Source of the DNA: Candidatus Marinacidobacterales bacterium
GTDB lineage: Bacteria; Acidobacteriota; Vicinamibacteria; Marinacidobacterales; SMYC01
Length of the DNA stretch: 64,000 nucleotides
Direction: 5' to 3'
NCBI GenBank assembly: GCA_965237955.1
Contig: OZ250169.1
Span: 4,928,001 to 4,992,000, forward strand
In this document: piece after piece, positions 9,823-20,196 of the stretch
Layout: the number at the start of each line of letters is the position of its first letter
Position numbering within the stretch: position 1 is the first letter of the stretch
Made by a program: the position numbers and the translations under genes
Notes under the pieces: model-generated
The model's input: the letters and a program-made list of their open reading frames with translations, nothing else
Database searches by the model: none
Told to the model about the DNA's origin: nothing

Positions 9823-10722
9823 CTATCCTTGCGCCGACACGATAGCACGCTTGATGAGAGTGACGCAGTTGCCGGTGTCGTTGTAGTGCACGTCATCGAA
9901 GAACTGACGCATCAAGAAAAGTCCGCGACCGCTCGGGCGCCGCACGTTCTCCGGTAACCTCGGGTCGGGAACGGTGGAAACGTCGAAGCCACGACCTTCG
10001 TCCCGGATCTCGATCCGTCCCTCCGACGCGTTGAACTTCGAGCGGACCGTAACTTTGCGGTTGCTGAAAGGGGCCGTTCGGCGGCGCTCCTCAATGAGTC
10101 GATCGAATGCATCGAAATCCTCCTTGCGGCTCGAAGACTCGATCTCGAGATTGCCGTGGACCCAGGCGTTCAAAAGCGCCTCCTGAATCGCGACCCCGAT
10201 CGAGATTCGATCGAGCGAGCCGCGAAGCGCGAAGTGATCGATCTGCTCGAGGAGATAGTGGATCACGTCCGAGAACAGGGATGGATCCCCCGGTAACTCG
10301 AACACCATGGACGATTCCGTCATCGTGTCGAGGAGCCTGGTACCGATGACAGCTTTCTCGCACAGCGACAGGACTCGTTCCACGGTGTCCTCGACACTGC
10401 GCGCGATTCTGGAGCGTGGGACATAGCTCACCGCTCCCAGATGGAGCGCTTTCACGATCGATTCATCAGGGCGTTCACGCGTCAGGAAGATGATCGGCAA
10501 GCTAGGCTGGCGCTTGCGAGCCTCTTTGAACAGCGTCTGCGCGTCCATGTCAGGCAGACTCGATCCGGCCAGGAGGACATCCGCGGGGCCAGCATCGAGC
10601 CGCGCGAGGACCTCTTCGCCGGACTCCACGGCAATGACGTCGCTGAAGGGACGCTTTTTGAAAAGCTTCACGATCAGCGAGCGATCGCCCCGAATGTCGT
10701 CCGCAACTAGAATCTTCGGCAT
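9823..10722 (-). CDS. Atypical receiver domain fused to an RsbW-like anti-sigma/HATPase_c domain
   Basis: KILVADD receiver start; [27 protein letters not shown] kinase boxes. Confidence 0.85.
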   Translation of the reverse strand: MPKILVADDIRGDRSLIVKLFKKRPFSDVIAVESGEEVLARLDAGPADVLLAGSSLPDMDAQTLFKEARKRQPSLPIIFLTRERPDESIVKALHLGAVSYVPRSRIARSVEDTVERVLSLCEKAVIGTRLLDTMTESSMVFELPGDPSLFSDVIHYLLEQIDHFALRGSLDRISIGVAIQEALLNAWVHGNLEIESSSRKEDFDAFDRLIEERRRTAPFSNRKVTVRSKFNASEGRIEIRDEGRGFDVSTVPDPRLPENVRRPSGRGLFLMRQFFDDVHYNDTGNCVTLIKRAIVSAQG

Positions 10723-10792
10723 ATACTTATCCGCGCCGCGTATTGTGATATTAAAAAGCCCAAGGAGCAACGTGACGAAGGGGAGATCGAAC

Positions 10793-12730
10793 ATGCGACG
10801 TTGGATAAACGGGATTTACGTTTTGAGTATGGCAACGCTTTCACTGGCCGTGAGCGCGCCACCAGTGTGGCCACAGATTCCACCTCCGCCGGACGGAAGC
10901 GAAGCGCTCTCCGAGCTCTATCCAGGACGCGCTTACTCACCGTATGCCGGGAGGGGATTTCCGAGTCGTATGTTTTGGGGCGACACCCATTTGCATACGG
11001 CGCTGTCCATGGACGCCGGCGCTTTCGGCAACCGCCTCGGTCTCGACGAAGCCTACCGGCTAGCGCGAGGAGAGGAAGTCACGAGCTCGACGGGATTGAA
11101 AGTGAAACTGGCGCGGCCCCTCGATTTTCTCGTTGTGGCCGATCACTCGGACAACATGGGCTTCTTCCCCGATTTGTTCGACGCCAAGCCCCATATTCTG
11201 AAGGATCCAACCGGTAAAGACTGGTACGACCGGGTCATGGCCGGCGAAGGCGTCGGAGTAGCGCTCGAGCTCATCGGGCTGTTCTCGCAAGGACAGTTTC
11301 CCGAAGCGCTCATGTACACGCCCGACTCCGCGCCCTACAAGTCCGCGTGGCAGGCGACGGTCGATGCCGCCGAAGGGTACAACGAGCCTGGTCGATTCAC
11401 CGCATTCATCGGTTACGAATGGACGTCACTCGTACGCGGCAACAACATGCACCGCGTCGTCATCTACCGTGACGGTGGAGACAAGGGCGGGCAGATGGTG
11501 CCGTTCACGACCGTGGCACCGACGGGCAGCATCAACCCGCGCGACCTTTGGAAATGGTTGACGATGTACGAACAGACAACCGGCGGCGATGTGCTCGCGA
11601 TCGCGCACAACGGAAATCTCGCCAATGGCATCATGTTCCCGCTGATGGCTCAGTATGACGGCGTGATGCTCGACGACGACTACGTGACTCAACGTGCGAT
11701 GTGGGAGCCTCTCTACGAGGCGACTCAGATCAAAGGTGACGGCGAAGCGCATCCGTTCCTTTCACCCGACGACGAGTTCGCCGATTACGAGACGTGGGAC
11801 CTCGGCAATCTCGACGCCTCCGAAGCCAAGACCAACGACATGCTCGCGGGCGAGTATGCACGCGAAGCGCTGAAGCGGGGGCTCGCGATCGAGGCAACGC
11901 TCGGTATCAACCCTTACAAGATCGGCATGATCGGCTCCACCGATACACACACGTCGCTCTCCACGGCCGAGGAAGATAACTTCTTCGGCAAGCACTCCGG
12001 TTACGAGCCCAGCCCCACCCGCATGGACCACCCGTTCATGCAAACGGAAGCGGGAACGCTCTGGGCGTGGCAGCAAGTCGCTTCCGGGCTTGCTGCTGTG
12101 TGGGCGACCGACAACACCCGCGCGGCGATTTTCGACGCCATGGAGCGGAAGGAAGCCTACGCCACGACCGGCTCGCGTATGGGCGTTCGATTTTTTGGTG
12201 GATGGGAGTATACCGAGCAGGACTTGAACAGTCGCCAGCCGGCCTTCGCTGGTTACGAAAAAGGTGTTCCCATGGGAGGCGATCTTCGCGCGAAGCCGGC
12301 AAGCGCGCCGGCGCCCACGTTCATGGTCTATGCGCTACGCGATCCGATCGGAGCCAATCTCGACCGTATTCAGATCATCAAGGGCTGGCTCGACGCGAAC
12401 GGTGAGACCCACGAGCAGGTGTACGACGTTGTTTGGTCCGGAGATCGCAGCATTGGATCGAACGGAAAGCTGCCGCCGGTAGGCACCACCGTCGATGTGG
12501 CGAATGCGAACTGGACCAACACGATTGGGGCGCCAGAGCTGGGCGTGGTGTGGACGGATCCGGATTTCGACCCGGCGCACAAGGCTGTTTACTACGCGCG
12601 CGTGATCGAGATCCCGACGCCGCGATGGACGACCTATGATGCGTTTCGCTTTGGCACCAGCCTGCCGGAGGGCGCACCGACGTCGACCCAAGAACGGGCC
12701 TATACGTCGCCGACCTGGTACACGCCTTAG
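10793..12730 (+). CDS. Secreted DUF3604 (PHP-like metallohydrolase) protein
   Basis: Signal peptide; [43 protein letters not shown]; GGGAG before ATG 10793. Confidence 0.85.
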   Translation: MRRWINGIYVLSMATLSLAVSAPPVWPQIPPPPDGSEALSELYPGRAYSPYAGRGFPSRMFWGDTHLHTALSMDAGAFGNRLGLDEAYRLARGEEVTSSTGLKVKLARPLDFLVVADHSDNMGFFPDLFDAKPHILKDPTGKDWYDRVMAGEGVGVALELIGLFSQGQFPEALMYTPDSAPYKSAWQATVDAAEGYNEPGRFTAFIGYEWTSLVRGNNMHRVVIYRDGGDKGGQMVPFTTVAPTGSINPRDLWKWLTMYEQTTGGDVLAIAHNGNLANGIMFPLMAQYDGVMLDDDYVTQRAMWEPLYEATQIKGDGEAHPFLSPDDEFADYETWDLGNLDASEAKTNDMLAGEYAREALKRGLAIEATLGINPYKIGMIGSTDTHTSLSTAEEDNFFGKHSGYEPSPTRMDHPFMQTEAGTLWAWQQVASGLAAVWATDNTRAAIFDAMERKEAYATTGSRMGVRFFGGWEYTEQDLNSRQPAFAGYEKGVPMGGDLRAKPASAPAPTFMVYALRDPIGANLDRIQIIKGWLDANGETHEQVYDVVWSGDRSIGSNGKLPPVGTTVDVANANWTNTIGAPELGVVWTDPDFDPAHKAVYYARVIEIPTPRWTTYDAFRFGTSLPEGAPTSTQERAYTSPTWYTP

Positions 12731-12939
12731 GCCCGGGCCTTCGCACGTTGCACGGCTTCCGCGACGCGGTCGAGGTGGAATTTCTTTAATACCCCGCGAA
12801 GCTTCGGGTACTCGGCCACAAGCTCGCTGAGCTCCTCCCGATCGATGCGCAGGAGCTCGCTGTCTGTCGTTGTAAAGATGTTGGCGGTCCGGGGGACTCC
12901 GGTCAGAAACGAGACTTCGCGGAAGAACTTGTTTGTCAA
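12727..12939 (-). pseudogene. C-terminal fragment of a cyclic-nucleotide-binding domain protein
   Basis: FFREVSFLTGVPRTA resembles the FGE...PRTA cNMP cassette; the N-terminal part is missing. Confidence 0.6.
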
Positions 12940-13016
12940 AAAGGGTCGCCAATGGCAAAGGGTCGGAAAGCGCGGTACGCTATTCTCTTCCGGATGTGCG
13001 GAACGAGGAGCTTTCC

Positions 13017-14399
13017 ATGCTGAAGAAAATTCTCATTGTCGTCGCGATCCTTCTGCTCGTGGGCATTTTTCTGCTCGCCAAGGACTACGACTCTCCCGAG
13101 CTCGGGCAGGCTCTTCTCGACAAAGTCGGTGAGGCTACCGGCGTCGAGATGACGGCAACGGGCTTCCGATTCAATTTGTTCAAGGGCGTCGAGCTCGACA
13201 ACGTCACCGCGTCCTCGAGCAGCCCCGGCAGGGAGCTCGACTTCACGCTCGATCAGCTCGTGTTCGAGCATCGTCTCGGTCCACTTCTCTCCGGAACCGT
13301 GGCAATCGATCGCATCGTTTTGGATCACCCGCAGTTCGAGCTCGTGGAAACACCGTCCCAGGCCGAGCCGGCGGCGGAAGCAGAGCCCGCTGAAGCCGAG
13401 CCCTCCGCGGACGCGACCGCGACAGATGGGGAAGAGGAAGGCGGTCTCGCGCTCGAAGTGAAACAGATTCTCGTTCGAGATGGCTCGATCGTCATGCGGA
13501 ACACCGACAGTGGCTCCGAGACCCGTGTCGAGGGCCTCGACTTCACCATGGAGAACCTGCAGTTCGACCCGACGGCCGATTCCCTGGCAGCGCTCGCGGC
13601 GGAAGGAGAGCTCACGATCGCAGAAATCAATCTGGACACGTTGGCCTTGAGCGAGCTTCGCAGTCGGTTTCAGCTCGCGAGCGCGGTGTTCGATCTCAGC
13701 GAGCTCGTGTTCACGACGGCACACGGTAAATTTGCCGCGGACGCGAACGTCGACTTCAACCCGGTGCCGTTCACCTACACGATGACGGCCACCGGCGATC
13801 CGCTCGACCTCAATGGGATGGTGGGCGCTAGCGAAGGCTTTGGGCCGGCTACGGTGCAGCTCGACGCCGACGGCGCGGGAGCGGATACCAAAGATGTGGA
13901 CGCGAGTGGTGGTCTAAACCTTGCGGCGGGCGAATTTCCTTCCGTCGACGTGTTCACTGGCATCGATAAGGCCCTCGGGAAGCAAGTCGTCGCGGGGGCG
14001 CCGTACGAGGCGACCGAGCTCAGCTTCGTGCTCGACAACAACATCATTCGGCTCGCGCCGTTTCGCTTCACCACCGAGTTCGCCCGTCTCGATCTCGACG
14101 GCACCATCAGTCTCGAGGGTCCGATCGATCTCGGTCTCTCGGTGGCGACGCCGCGCGAGGGGCTCAACATCGACGGGGCCACCGCGACGGTTTTAGATGT
14201 TCTTGCCGACGACGAGGGGTGGGTTCCGATTCCTATGACGATCACGGGAACAATGGAACAAGCGACAGTGCGACCCGACGCAATGGCACTCATGGCGCAG
14301 GCAAGTGCCGGCGCCAAGCGCGAAGTGAAAGAAGCAGCGACGGAAGCCGCCGGGGACGCGCTTCGGGGACTCCTCGGTGGACGGAAGAAGAAGAACTGA
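13017..14399 (+). CDS. AsmA-like protein
   Basis: N-terminal anchor MLKKILIVVAILLLVGIF, beta-rich body, C-terminal PIPMTITGT...P; GAGGAG before ATG 13017. Confidence 0.7.
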   Translation: MLKKILIVVAILLLVGIFLLAKDYDSPELGQALLDKVGEATGVEMTATGFRFNLFKGVELDNVTASSSSPGRELDFTLDQLVFEHRLGPLLSGTVAIDRIVLDHPQFELVETPSQAEPAAEAEPAEAEPSADATATDGEEEGGLALEVKQILVRDGSIVMRNTDSGSETRVEGLDFTMENLQFDPTADSLAALAAEGELTIAEINLDTLALSELRSRFQLASAVFDLSELVFTTAHGKFAADANVDFNPVPFTYTMTATGDPLDLNGMVGASEGFGPATVQLDADGAGADTKDVDASGGLNLAAGEFPSVDVFTGIDKALGKQVVAGAPYEATELSFVLDNNIIRLAPFRFTTEFARLDLDGTISLEGPIDLGLSVATPREGLNIDGATATVLDVLADDEGWVPIPMTITGTMEQATVRPDAMALMAQASAGAKREVKEAATEAAGDALRGLLGGRKKKN

Positions 14400-14400
14400 G

Positions 14401-15126
14401 ATGAGTGAGACCGAAACCCAATCGCGCATCGATGTGCACGAGCACGGGATGGACCGTGACGGCACGAAGACTTCCACGAACCGGCGTCTGTTCATGCAGC
14501 TTCAGGTCTTCACCGGCTGCACCGATGCAGAAGCGATTGCGAAGGCCGTGGAAGGCTCGGGCATCGAAGCCGCCGTCTATCTCGACGTCAACGATCCACG
14601 AGGCGTCGGGCTTCTCACGATGTCGGAAGAGCCGGCGCACTTCGTGAAGGAAGTCCGCCCGTTGGTGAATCAAGGGCCGTTTCGGGAACTCACGTTCCGG
14701 CCCGAATTCACGATGCTCGGCCGCTCCTACACGAGCGGATACGAGCCGAACCTCGAAGATTGGCTCCTAAAGAAGCCGCGGTGCAACGCGCTCAACCCCG
14801 ACTGGCCGTGGGCGGTGTGGTATCCCCTGCGACGCCGAGGTGCGTTCAACGCGCTACCTGAGAAGGAGCAAGCGAGCATCCTTCGCGAGCACGGCGGCAT
14901 CGGTCGTCTCTACGGCGAGCAGGACCTTGCGCACGATATCCGCCTGGCATGCCACGGCATCGACACCCACGACAACGAGTTCGTCATCGGCCTCACCGGC
15001 AAAGAGCTGCACCCTCTCTCGCATCTCGTCCAAACGATGCGTAAGACACGACAAACCTCGGAGTTCATGCAGCACATGGGCCCGTTCTTCATCGGCCTCA
15101 CGCTGTGGCAAAGCCCGTCACCCTGA
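14401..15126 (+). CDS. Chlorite dismutase/coproheme decarboxylase (HemQ/ChdC) family protein
   Basis: WYPLRR...F..LP..EQ..IL.EHG.IG, GIDTHDNEFVIG, MRKT, GPFFIG. Confidence 0.8.
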   Translation: MSETETQSRIDVHEHGMDRDGTKTSTNRRLFMQLQVFTGCTDAEAIAKAVEGSGIEAAVYLDVNDPRGVGLLTMSEEPAHFVKEVRPLVNQGPFRELTFRPEFTMLGRSYTSGYEPNLEDWLLKKPRCNALNPDWPWAVWYPLRRRGAFNALPEKEQASILREHGGIGRLYGEQDLAHDIRLACHGIDTHDNEFVIGLTGKELHPLSHLVQTMRKTRQTSEFMQHMGPFFIGLTLWQSPSP

Positions 15127-15212
15127 GCTCACTTTGAGGGGTGCGTAGATTGCACAAGCTGTGAGCTTGGCGAACGAAACCGTCGTCCGACACTTCAATC
15201 AGACCCTAACGA

Positions 15213-16898
15213 ATGAAAACTAACGACAAACAGATCATTTTTTCCCTCGTCGGCGTCGGGAGGATCCATCCTCCGAAGCGCCAGGTCCTCAAAGACATCT
15301 ACCTCTCGTTTTTTTACGGGGCGAAGATCGGTGTGCTCGGGTTGAACGGGGCAGGGAAGAGCACGATCCTCCGCATCATCGCCGGCACTGATAAGGAATA
15401 CATCGGGGAAGTGACGTTCTCCAAAGGCTACTCGGTGGGTTACCTCGAGCAGGAGCCGCAACTGACTGCTGGCAAGACCGTTAAGGAAGTGGTTCAGGAA
15501 GGACGTCAGGAAGTTCTCGATCTGCTCGAGGCCTATGAGAAAGTCAACGAGCGGTTCGGCGAAGAGCTTTCTTCTGAGGAAATGGACGAGGTCCTGAACG
15601 AGCAGGGCGAGCTTCAGGAAAAGATCGAGGCGGCCAACGGATGGGAGCTCGAGACCGAGCTCGAGATCGCGATGAGTGCGCTCCGGTGCCCGCCACCCGA
15701 CACGCTCGTCGATAACCTATCCGGTGGAGAGCGGCGCCGCGTCGCGCTGTGCCGCCTGCTCTTCCACGAGCCGGACATCCTGCTTCTGGACGAGCCGACG
15801 AACCATCTCGATGCGGAGACGGTGCAGTGGCTCGAGCAGCATTTGAGCCGTTACCAGGGAACGGTGATCGCGGTGACGCACGATCGCTACTTCCTCGACA
15901 ACGTTGCCGGTTGGATCCTCGAGCTCGACCGCGGGCAAGGTATCCCGTTCGAGGGGAACTACTCGTCGTGGCTCGAGCAGAAGCAAGCGCGCCTCGCCCA
16001 GGAAGAGAAAAGTGCGTCGAAGCGCCGGAAGACACTCGAGAACGAGCTCGAGTGGATCCGCATGGCGCCTCGGGCACGTCACGCGAAGAGCAAGGCCCGC
16101 ATCGCGCGCTACGAGGAGCTCGTTTCGCACGAGCACGAGAAGGTTGCGGAAGATCTCGAGATCTATATCCCGCCGGGCCCTCGGCTTGGCGACATCGTTC
16201 TCGAGGCCGACCACCTTCAGAAGGGCTATGACGACAATGTCTTGATCGACGATCTGAGCTTCCTGCTACCGCCAGGAGGCATCGTCGGTGTCATCGGCGC
16301 GAACGGTGCCGGCAAGACGACGCTTCTCCGCATGATCGTTGGTACGGAGGAGCCGGATGGCGGGACGCTTCGTCTAGGCGATACGGTGAAGCTCGGCTAC
16401 ATCGAACAGGAACGGGAGCTCCCTGCCGAGAAGACCGTCTGGGAAGTGATTGCGGACGAGCAAGACACCGTGAAGCTCGGTGGGCTCGAAGTCCAATCCC
16501 GCGCCTACGTGTCCCGGTTCAACTTCAGCGGATCGGATCAGCAAAAGAAAGCCGGCGACCTCTCCGGAGGCGAGAGAAACCGTGTGCATCTCGCGCGCAT
16601 GCTGAAAGAAGGCGCGAACTTCTTGCTCCTCGACGAGCCGACGAACGACCTCGACGTCAATACGCTCCGAGCTCTCGAAGAGGCGCTTCTTGAGTTCGGC
16701 GGCACCGCGCTCGTGGTGAGTCACGACCGTTGGTTCCTCGATCGCATCGCGACCCACATGCTTGCGTTCGAGGGGGATAGCAACGTCGTCTGGTTCGACG
16801 GGAACTACTCCGACTACGAGGCCGACCGCAAAAGAAGATTGGGTAAAGACGCCGAGCGGCCACATCCGATCCGATACAAGAAGCTCTCGAAGAACTGA
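15213..16898 (+). CDS. ettA: ABC-F energy-dependent translational throttle protein EttA
   Basis: LKDIYLSFFYGAKIGVLGLNGAGKST, two ABC cassettes, ELEWIR...AKSKAR linker, C-terminal PHPIRYKKL. Confidence 0.95.
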   Translation: MKTNDKQIIFSLVGVGRIHPPKRQVLKDIYLSFFYGAKIGVLGLNGAGKSTILRIIAGTDKEYIGEVTFSKGYSVGYLEQEPQLTAGKTVKEVVQEGRQEVLDLLEAYEKVNERFGEELSSEEMDEVLNEQGELQEKIEAANGWELETELEIAMSALRCPPPDTLVDNLSGGERRRVALCRLLFHEPDILLLDEPTNHLDAETVQWLEQHLSRYQGTVIAVTHDRYFLDNVAGWILELDRGQGIPFEGNYSSWLEQKQARLAQEEKSASKRRKTLENELEWIRMAPRARHAKSKARIARYEELVSHEHEKVAEDLEIYIPPGPRLGDIVLEADHLQKGYDDNVLIDDLSFLLPPGGIVGVIGANGAGKTTLLRMIVGTEEPDGGTLRLGDTVKLGYIEQERELPAEKTVWEVIADEQDTVKLGGLEVQSRAYVSRFNFSGSDQQKKAGDLSGGERNRVHLARMLKEGANFLLLDEPTNDLDVNTLRALEEALLEFGGTALVVSHDRWFLDRIATHMLAFEGDSNVVWFDGNYSDYEADRKRRLGKDAERPHPIRYKKLSKN

Positions 16899-16901
16899 AG
16901 T

Positions 16902-17125
16902 CTACACGGCTCGAAGCGCCTGCTCGAGATCGTCGATGAGATCAACGGTGTCTTCGATCCCGCACGAGCACCGCACGAGGGAATCCGTGATCCCGAATCG
17001 GCGCCGCGCTTAGGGCGTCTGATCCCAATACGACATCAAGACCGGCATCTCGATGAGCGACTCGACTCCGCCGAGACTCGGCGCGATGTACGGAATGCGG
17101 CAGCGATCGACGAAGCCCCCGTCAG
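16902..17125 (-). pseudogene. C-terminal fragment of a cystathionine gamma-synthase-like PLP enzyme
   Basis: FVDRCRIPYIAPSLGGVESLIEMPVLMSYWDQTP*ARRRFGITDSLVRCSCGIEDTVDLIDDLEQAL; in-frame TAA at 17010-17012; 5' part absent. Confidence 0.75.
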
Positions 17126-17928
17126 TGCGGCCGCGCGGTCGAGAGAGCGCCGGAGGTCGTCCCGGAGATCGTCGACGTGCTCGATCCCGACGGAGAGCCG
17201 CACGAGGTCTTCCGGAAAATCCCGTTCCGTACGGACGTCGTCGGGAATGCTGGCATGCGACATCCGGGCGGGAAGGCTCGCCGACGAGCGGACGCCGCCG
17301 AAACTCACGGTCACGGCAAACAGTCGGAGCGAGCGGATCAGCTCCAGTGAGCGCTCGAGGGCACCGGTCTCGAACGCGATGACGGCCCCGGCGCCGCGTG
17401 CTTGGCGTTCGTGCACGTCTCGTCCTGGATGTTCGGGCAGACCCACGTAGTGCACGCGCTCGACTACGGGATGGGATCGAAGATAGGGCGCCAAGAGACC
17501 GGCGTTGGATTGCTGCTTGTCCAGGCGGAGCGGGAGCGTCTTCATGCCGCGCTCGAGGAGCCATCCCTCGAACGGAGAGAGCGCCGTTCCGGTCGCGTTC
17601 TGATAGAAGTCGCGACCTGAGAGAACAAGCGATAGGTTCCACCGTAGAGGTCGACGCACGCGAGGATCTCTTCGCCCGCGGACACGAGAGCGCACGCTGC
17701 CGTGATCGCGGCCATGCCGCTCGAGAATGCAAACGCTGACGAGCCGCCTTCGACGCGAGCGAGCTGGTTTTCGACAACGCGGCGCGTCGGGTTTCCCGAG
17801 CGCGTGTAGTCGTACTCGCTGTCGTCGTCGAGGCGGAACGTCGCCGTTTGATAGAGCGGTGTTGCACTCGGTGCGTACGGATCGTCGGGAGAAGGCTCGT
17901 ACTGTATCCACTCGGTCTCGCGCTTCAT
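17126..17928 (-). pseudogene. Cystathionine beta-lyase/gamma-synthase family gene with an internal deletion
   Basis: TPLYQTATF, YDYTRSGNPT, FSSGMAAI, DLYGGTYRL, then a jump with frame change near 17610 to NATGTALSPFEGWLLERGMKTL...SFGGV...RLSVGIE; the PLP-lysine region is missing. Confidence 0.85.
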
Positions 17929-18675
17929 GAGGGCACCCGTGTGCCGAGATCCGAGAGCGGCGCTGCGATCGTGAACGCAACTCCATGCTTGCGAGCGAAC
18001 TCGATAGCCTTCTTCTGCACGAGACTTCCACCGACGGTGGCGAGCTCGTCCAAACTCGCCGCGTCGTAGGCGGTACAGCTTGATGGTGCCGGAGCCTGGA
18101 TCGTGGCTGAAAAGGCCATCGACGTTCTTGATTAGCCGACACGCCTGAGCGCTCAGTCGTTCCGCGAGGAACAACGCGGTCAGGTCCGACCCACCGCGAC
18201 CAAAAACAGCAACCGAGCCGTCAAGGCGCCGCCCGAAAAAACCGGGAAGGACAATCACGGGTGCTCGTCCGAGGGCTTTGTGTACGCTGGCGACATCGAT
18301 GTCGACGGGTTCGCTGTTGAGCGACGACCCGCGCACCGTCAGCCCGATGCGGTCGGGGTCGAGTAGCTCGTTGGTCACACCGGCGTCGTCGAGAGCCAAC
18401 GACAGAAACGCCGCCGAGCGTGACTCGCCGGTTGCAAGCAGGCTAGCGAGTGGTTTTTCGGACGGCGCCCGAAAGCGCGTTCGCGCTTTGTTCAGCAGGC
18501 GCTCGGTGACGCCGGAAAACGCCGACGTCACCACGACAACGCGGGAGCCCGCCCGGAGTGTGCGCTCGACCTCCGCCACGGCGTTTGTGAGAGCATGGGG
18601 CCCGGACAGGACAGATCCGCCGAATTTGAGAATGGTTATCGGTAAGTTGGCCGAAGCCAAAGATGGGTAGAACAC
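17925..18675 (-). pseudogene. Stand-alone aspartate kinase-like amino acid kinase, frameshifted near 18070-18100
   Basis: LKFGGS, VVVVTSAFSGVT, LATGE, FGRGGSDLTA, KNVDGLFSHDP; the C-terminus (LVQKKAIEFARKHG) is in another frame and ends in an ATGA overlap with the next gene. Confidence 0.8.
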
Positions 18676-18700
18676 GATCGTCTCCTCTCAGCTGATGTCC

Positions 18701-18744
18701 AAAAACGAAAAAAGCACCGCCCCCGGGAACGCCGGGCGGGTGCT
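18701..18744 (-). terminator. Intrinsic terminator in the 5' leader of the aspartate kinase operon (attenuator)
   Basis: Minus strand AGCACCCGCCCGG-CGTT-CCCGGGGGCGGTGCT followed by TTTTTCGTTTTT, about 25 nt before the GTG start. Confidence 0.8.
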
Positions 18745-18765
18745 ACATCAGCTCGAGGAGAAGCA

Positions 18766-18858
18766 CTACTTCATGACGAGCCGGGCAGCACAGCCCGGCC
18801 AGGGCATATACATGCCGAGCATCTGCCGTGTTCGGCTCGAAGTAGCGTAGAGACTCAA
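18766..18858 (-). CDS. Putative Met-rich leader peptide (M)SLYATSSRTRQMLGMYMPWPGCAARLVMK
   Basis: GGAG (18867-18870) 8 nt before TTG 18858; internal Met codons at 18820, 18811, 18805 and 18772; TAG 21 nt before the terminator stem. Confidence 0.55.
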   Translation of the reverse strand: MSLYATSSRTRQMLGMYMPWPGCAARLVMK

Positions 18859-18884
18859 TTCATTCACTCCAAGAGACAAGCGAT

Positions 18885-18913
18885 AGCATAGCCTGCGCCG
18901 GAGGTGCTGTCAA
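18885..18913 (-). promoter_or_regulatory. sigma70-type promoter for the leader/aspartate kinase operon
   Basis: TTGACA (18913-18908), 17-nt spacer, TATGCT (18890-18885). Confidence 0.75.
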
Positions 18914-18929
18914 GGTAGAGTCCTTCATC

Positions 18930-19451
18930 ATGAGCCTTCCCGCACACACTTACCTCGACGAGCAGGGTGTTGCATACGAAACAAAGGAGTTTCCCGCGAC
19001 CACCGAGAAAGGTGCGGCGAACGTTGCCCGAGCCCTGGGCTTTCGCGAGCACCAGATGGTGAAAACGCTGATCTTCGAGTCCGGCACGGGAGAGCGCGTG
19101 TTGGTGATGGTGGGCGGCGACAAGAGCGCGGTGTCCGGACATCTCAAGAAAGCGATCGGAAACCGCAACATCAAGATGGCTCGACCCGAGGTGGTGAAAG
19201 AAGTCACCGGGTACGAGATTGGCTCGGTACCGCCGTTTCACTGGCAGTCGACGGATTTCCGGTCCTTCGTCGACGAGGCGCTCACCGAGGAGCCGATGCT
19301 CGGAGTCGGGGCGGGCGAGTGGGGACAAGAGATTCTGATCACGCCTGCGAATCTCGTGCGCGCCTCTCGAGCGATCGTCGTGAACCTGACAGATCGTGAT
19401 CGGGCGGACACGTCTCGACAACCCCGAGATTCTGAGTGCCGAGCCCGGTAA
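18930..19451 (+). CDS. YbaK/EbsC aminoacyl-tRNA deacylase family protein
   Basis: QMVKTLI, TGYEIGSVPPF, GAGEWGQEILI; the last ~15 residues overlap an unrelated gene fragment. Confidence 0.85.
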   Translation: MSLPAHTYLDEQGVAYETKEFPATTEKGAANVARALGFREHQMVKTLIFESGTGERVLVMVGGDKSAVSGHLKKAIGNRNIKMARPEVVKEVTGYEIGSVPPFHWQSTDFRSFVDEALTEEPMLGVGAGEWGQEILITPANLVRASRAIVVNLTDRDRADTSRQPRDSECRAR

Positions 19452-20170
19452 CTGTCCGGACGGGTCTTCGATGCACATCCGAAGCATTCCCATGGCGCAC
19501 GGGGATCACAACGCGAAACACGGCGGTATCTTGTTCATGGCGCCCAATGGGTACAACCATCTCGAAGGCACGCTCGACGAAGAGGGAACGTTTCGTCTCT
19601 ACCTCTACAACGATTTCACCAAGCCCATCGATGCGACGCCGTTCGAAGCGCGCATCGACGACGCTGACGGACCTCGTGTTGAAGCCCGAAGACGACGTTG
19701 TCATCGGTGAAGACGACTACGAGCTTTCTGTTTGTCTCGTGCTCCCGACGAGGACGAGTGAGCCGCGCGTCGCTTCCGAGTTCGAGGTGAAGCCCGGCCT
19801 CGCGACGATCGTCCGGCGCGCGACGATTTCCCTCGGCGAATGGTGCGAGGGCACGCGGCCATTAGCAACTTGGCTTCCCGGGGGAGCCTGTCGTTGGCTG
19901 GCGGCAGCGGACAAGAGTTGCCAGCAGGTGCGAGCCTCGCCGTCGAGCTCCTCTACGTCAAAGGTTGGGAAGACGAAGGCAAGCGCCTCACCGACCGCAG
20001 CGAGCTCGGCATTCGGTTCTCGGATTCGGCGCGTCCCGTGCGGGCGATGCGAGTTTCCGAGGCGAGCTACACGTTCTCCGAAGACGTCGAGCTTCTCGCG
20101 CTCTATCCCGATCCGACTCCGGACAAGCCTCTTCGGATCGAGGCGGTCAGGCCCAGCGGAGCCATCAAGG
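19410..20170 (+). pseudogene. Frameshifted fragments of one or two periplasmic-type proteins
   Basis: Piece 1: PGNCPDG...HGDHNAKHGGILFMAPNGYNHLEG (His-rich). Piece 2: LATWLPG/LPAGASL..Y...DRSELGIRF, reminiscent of copper-monooxygenase-like domains. No continuous frame. Confidence 0.45.
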
Positions 20171-20196
20171 AGGCCGCAAGGTATACTAGTAGTGTC

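Noticed and set aside
17542-18675. Apparent aspartate kinase-cystathionine lyase fusion protein (377 aa)
   Set aside because: Produced by a frameshift; the kinase's own C-terminus and an ATGA junction are present in another frame.
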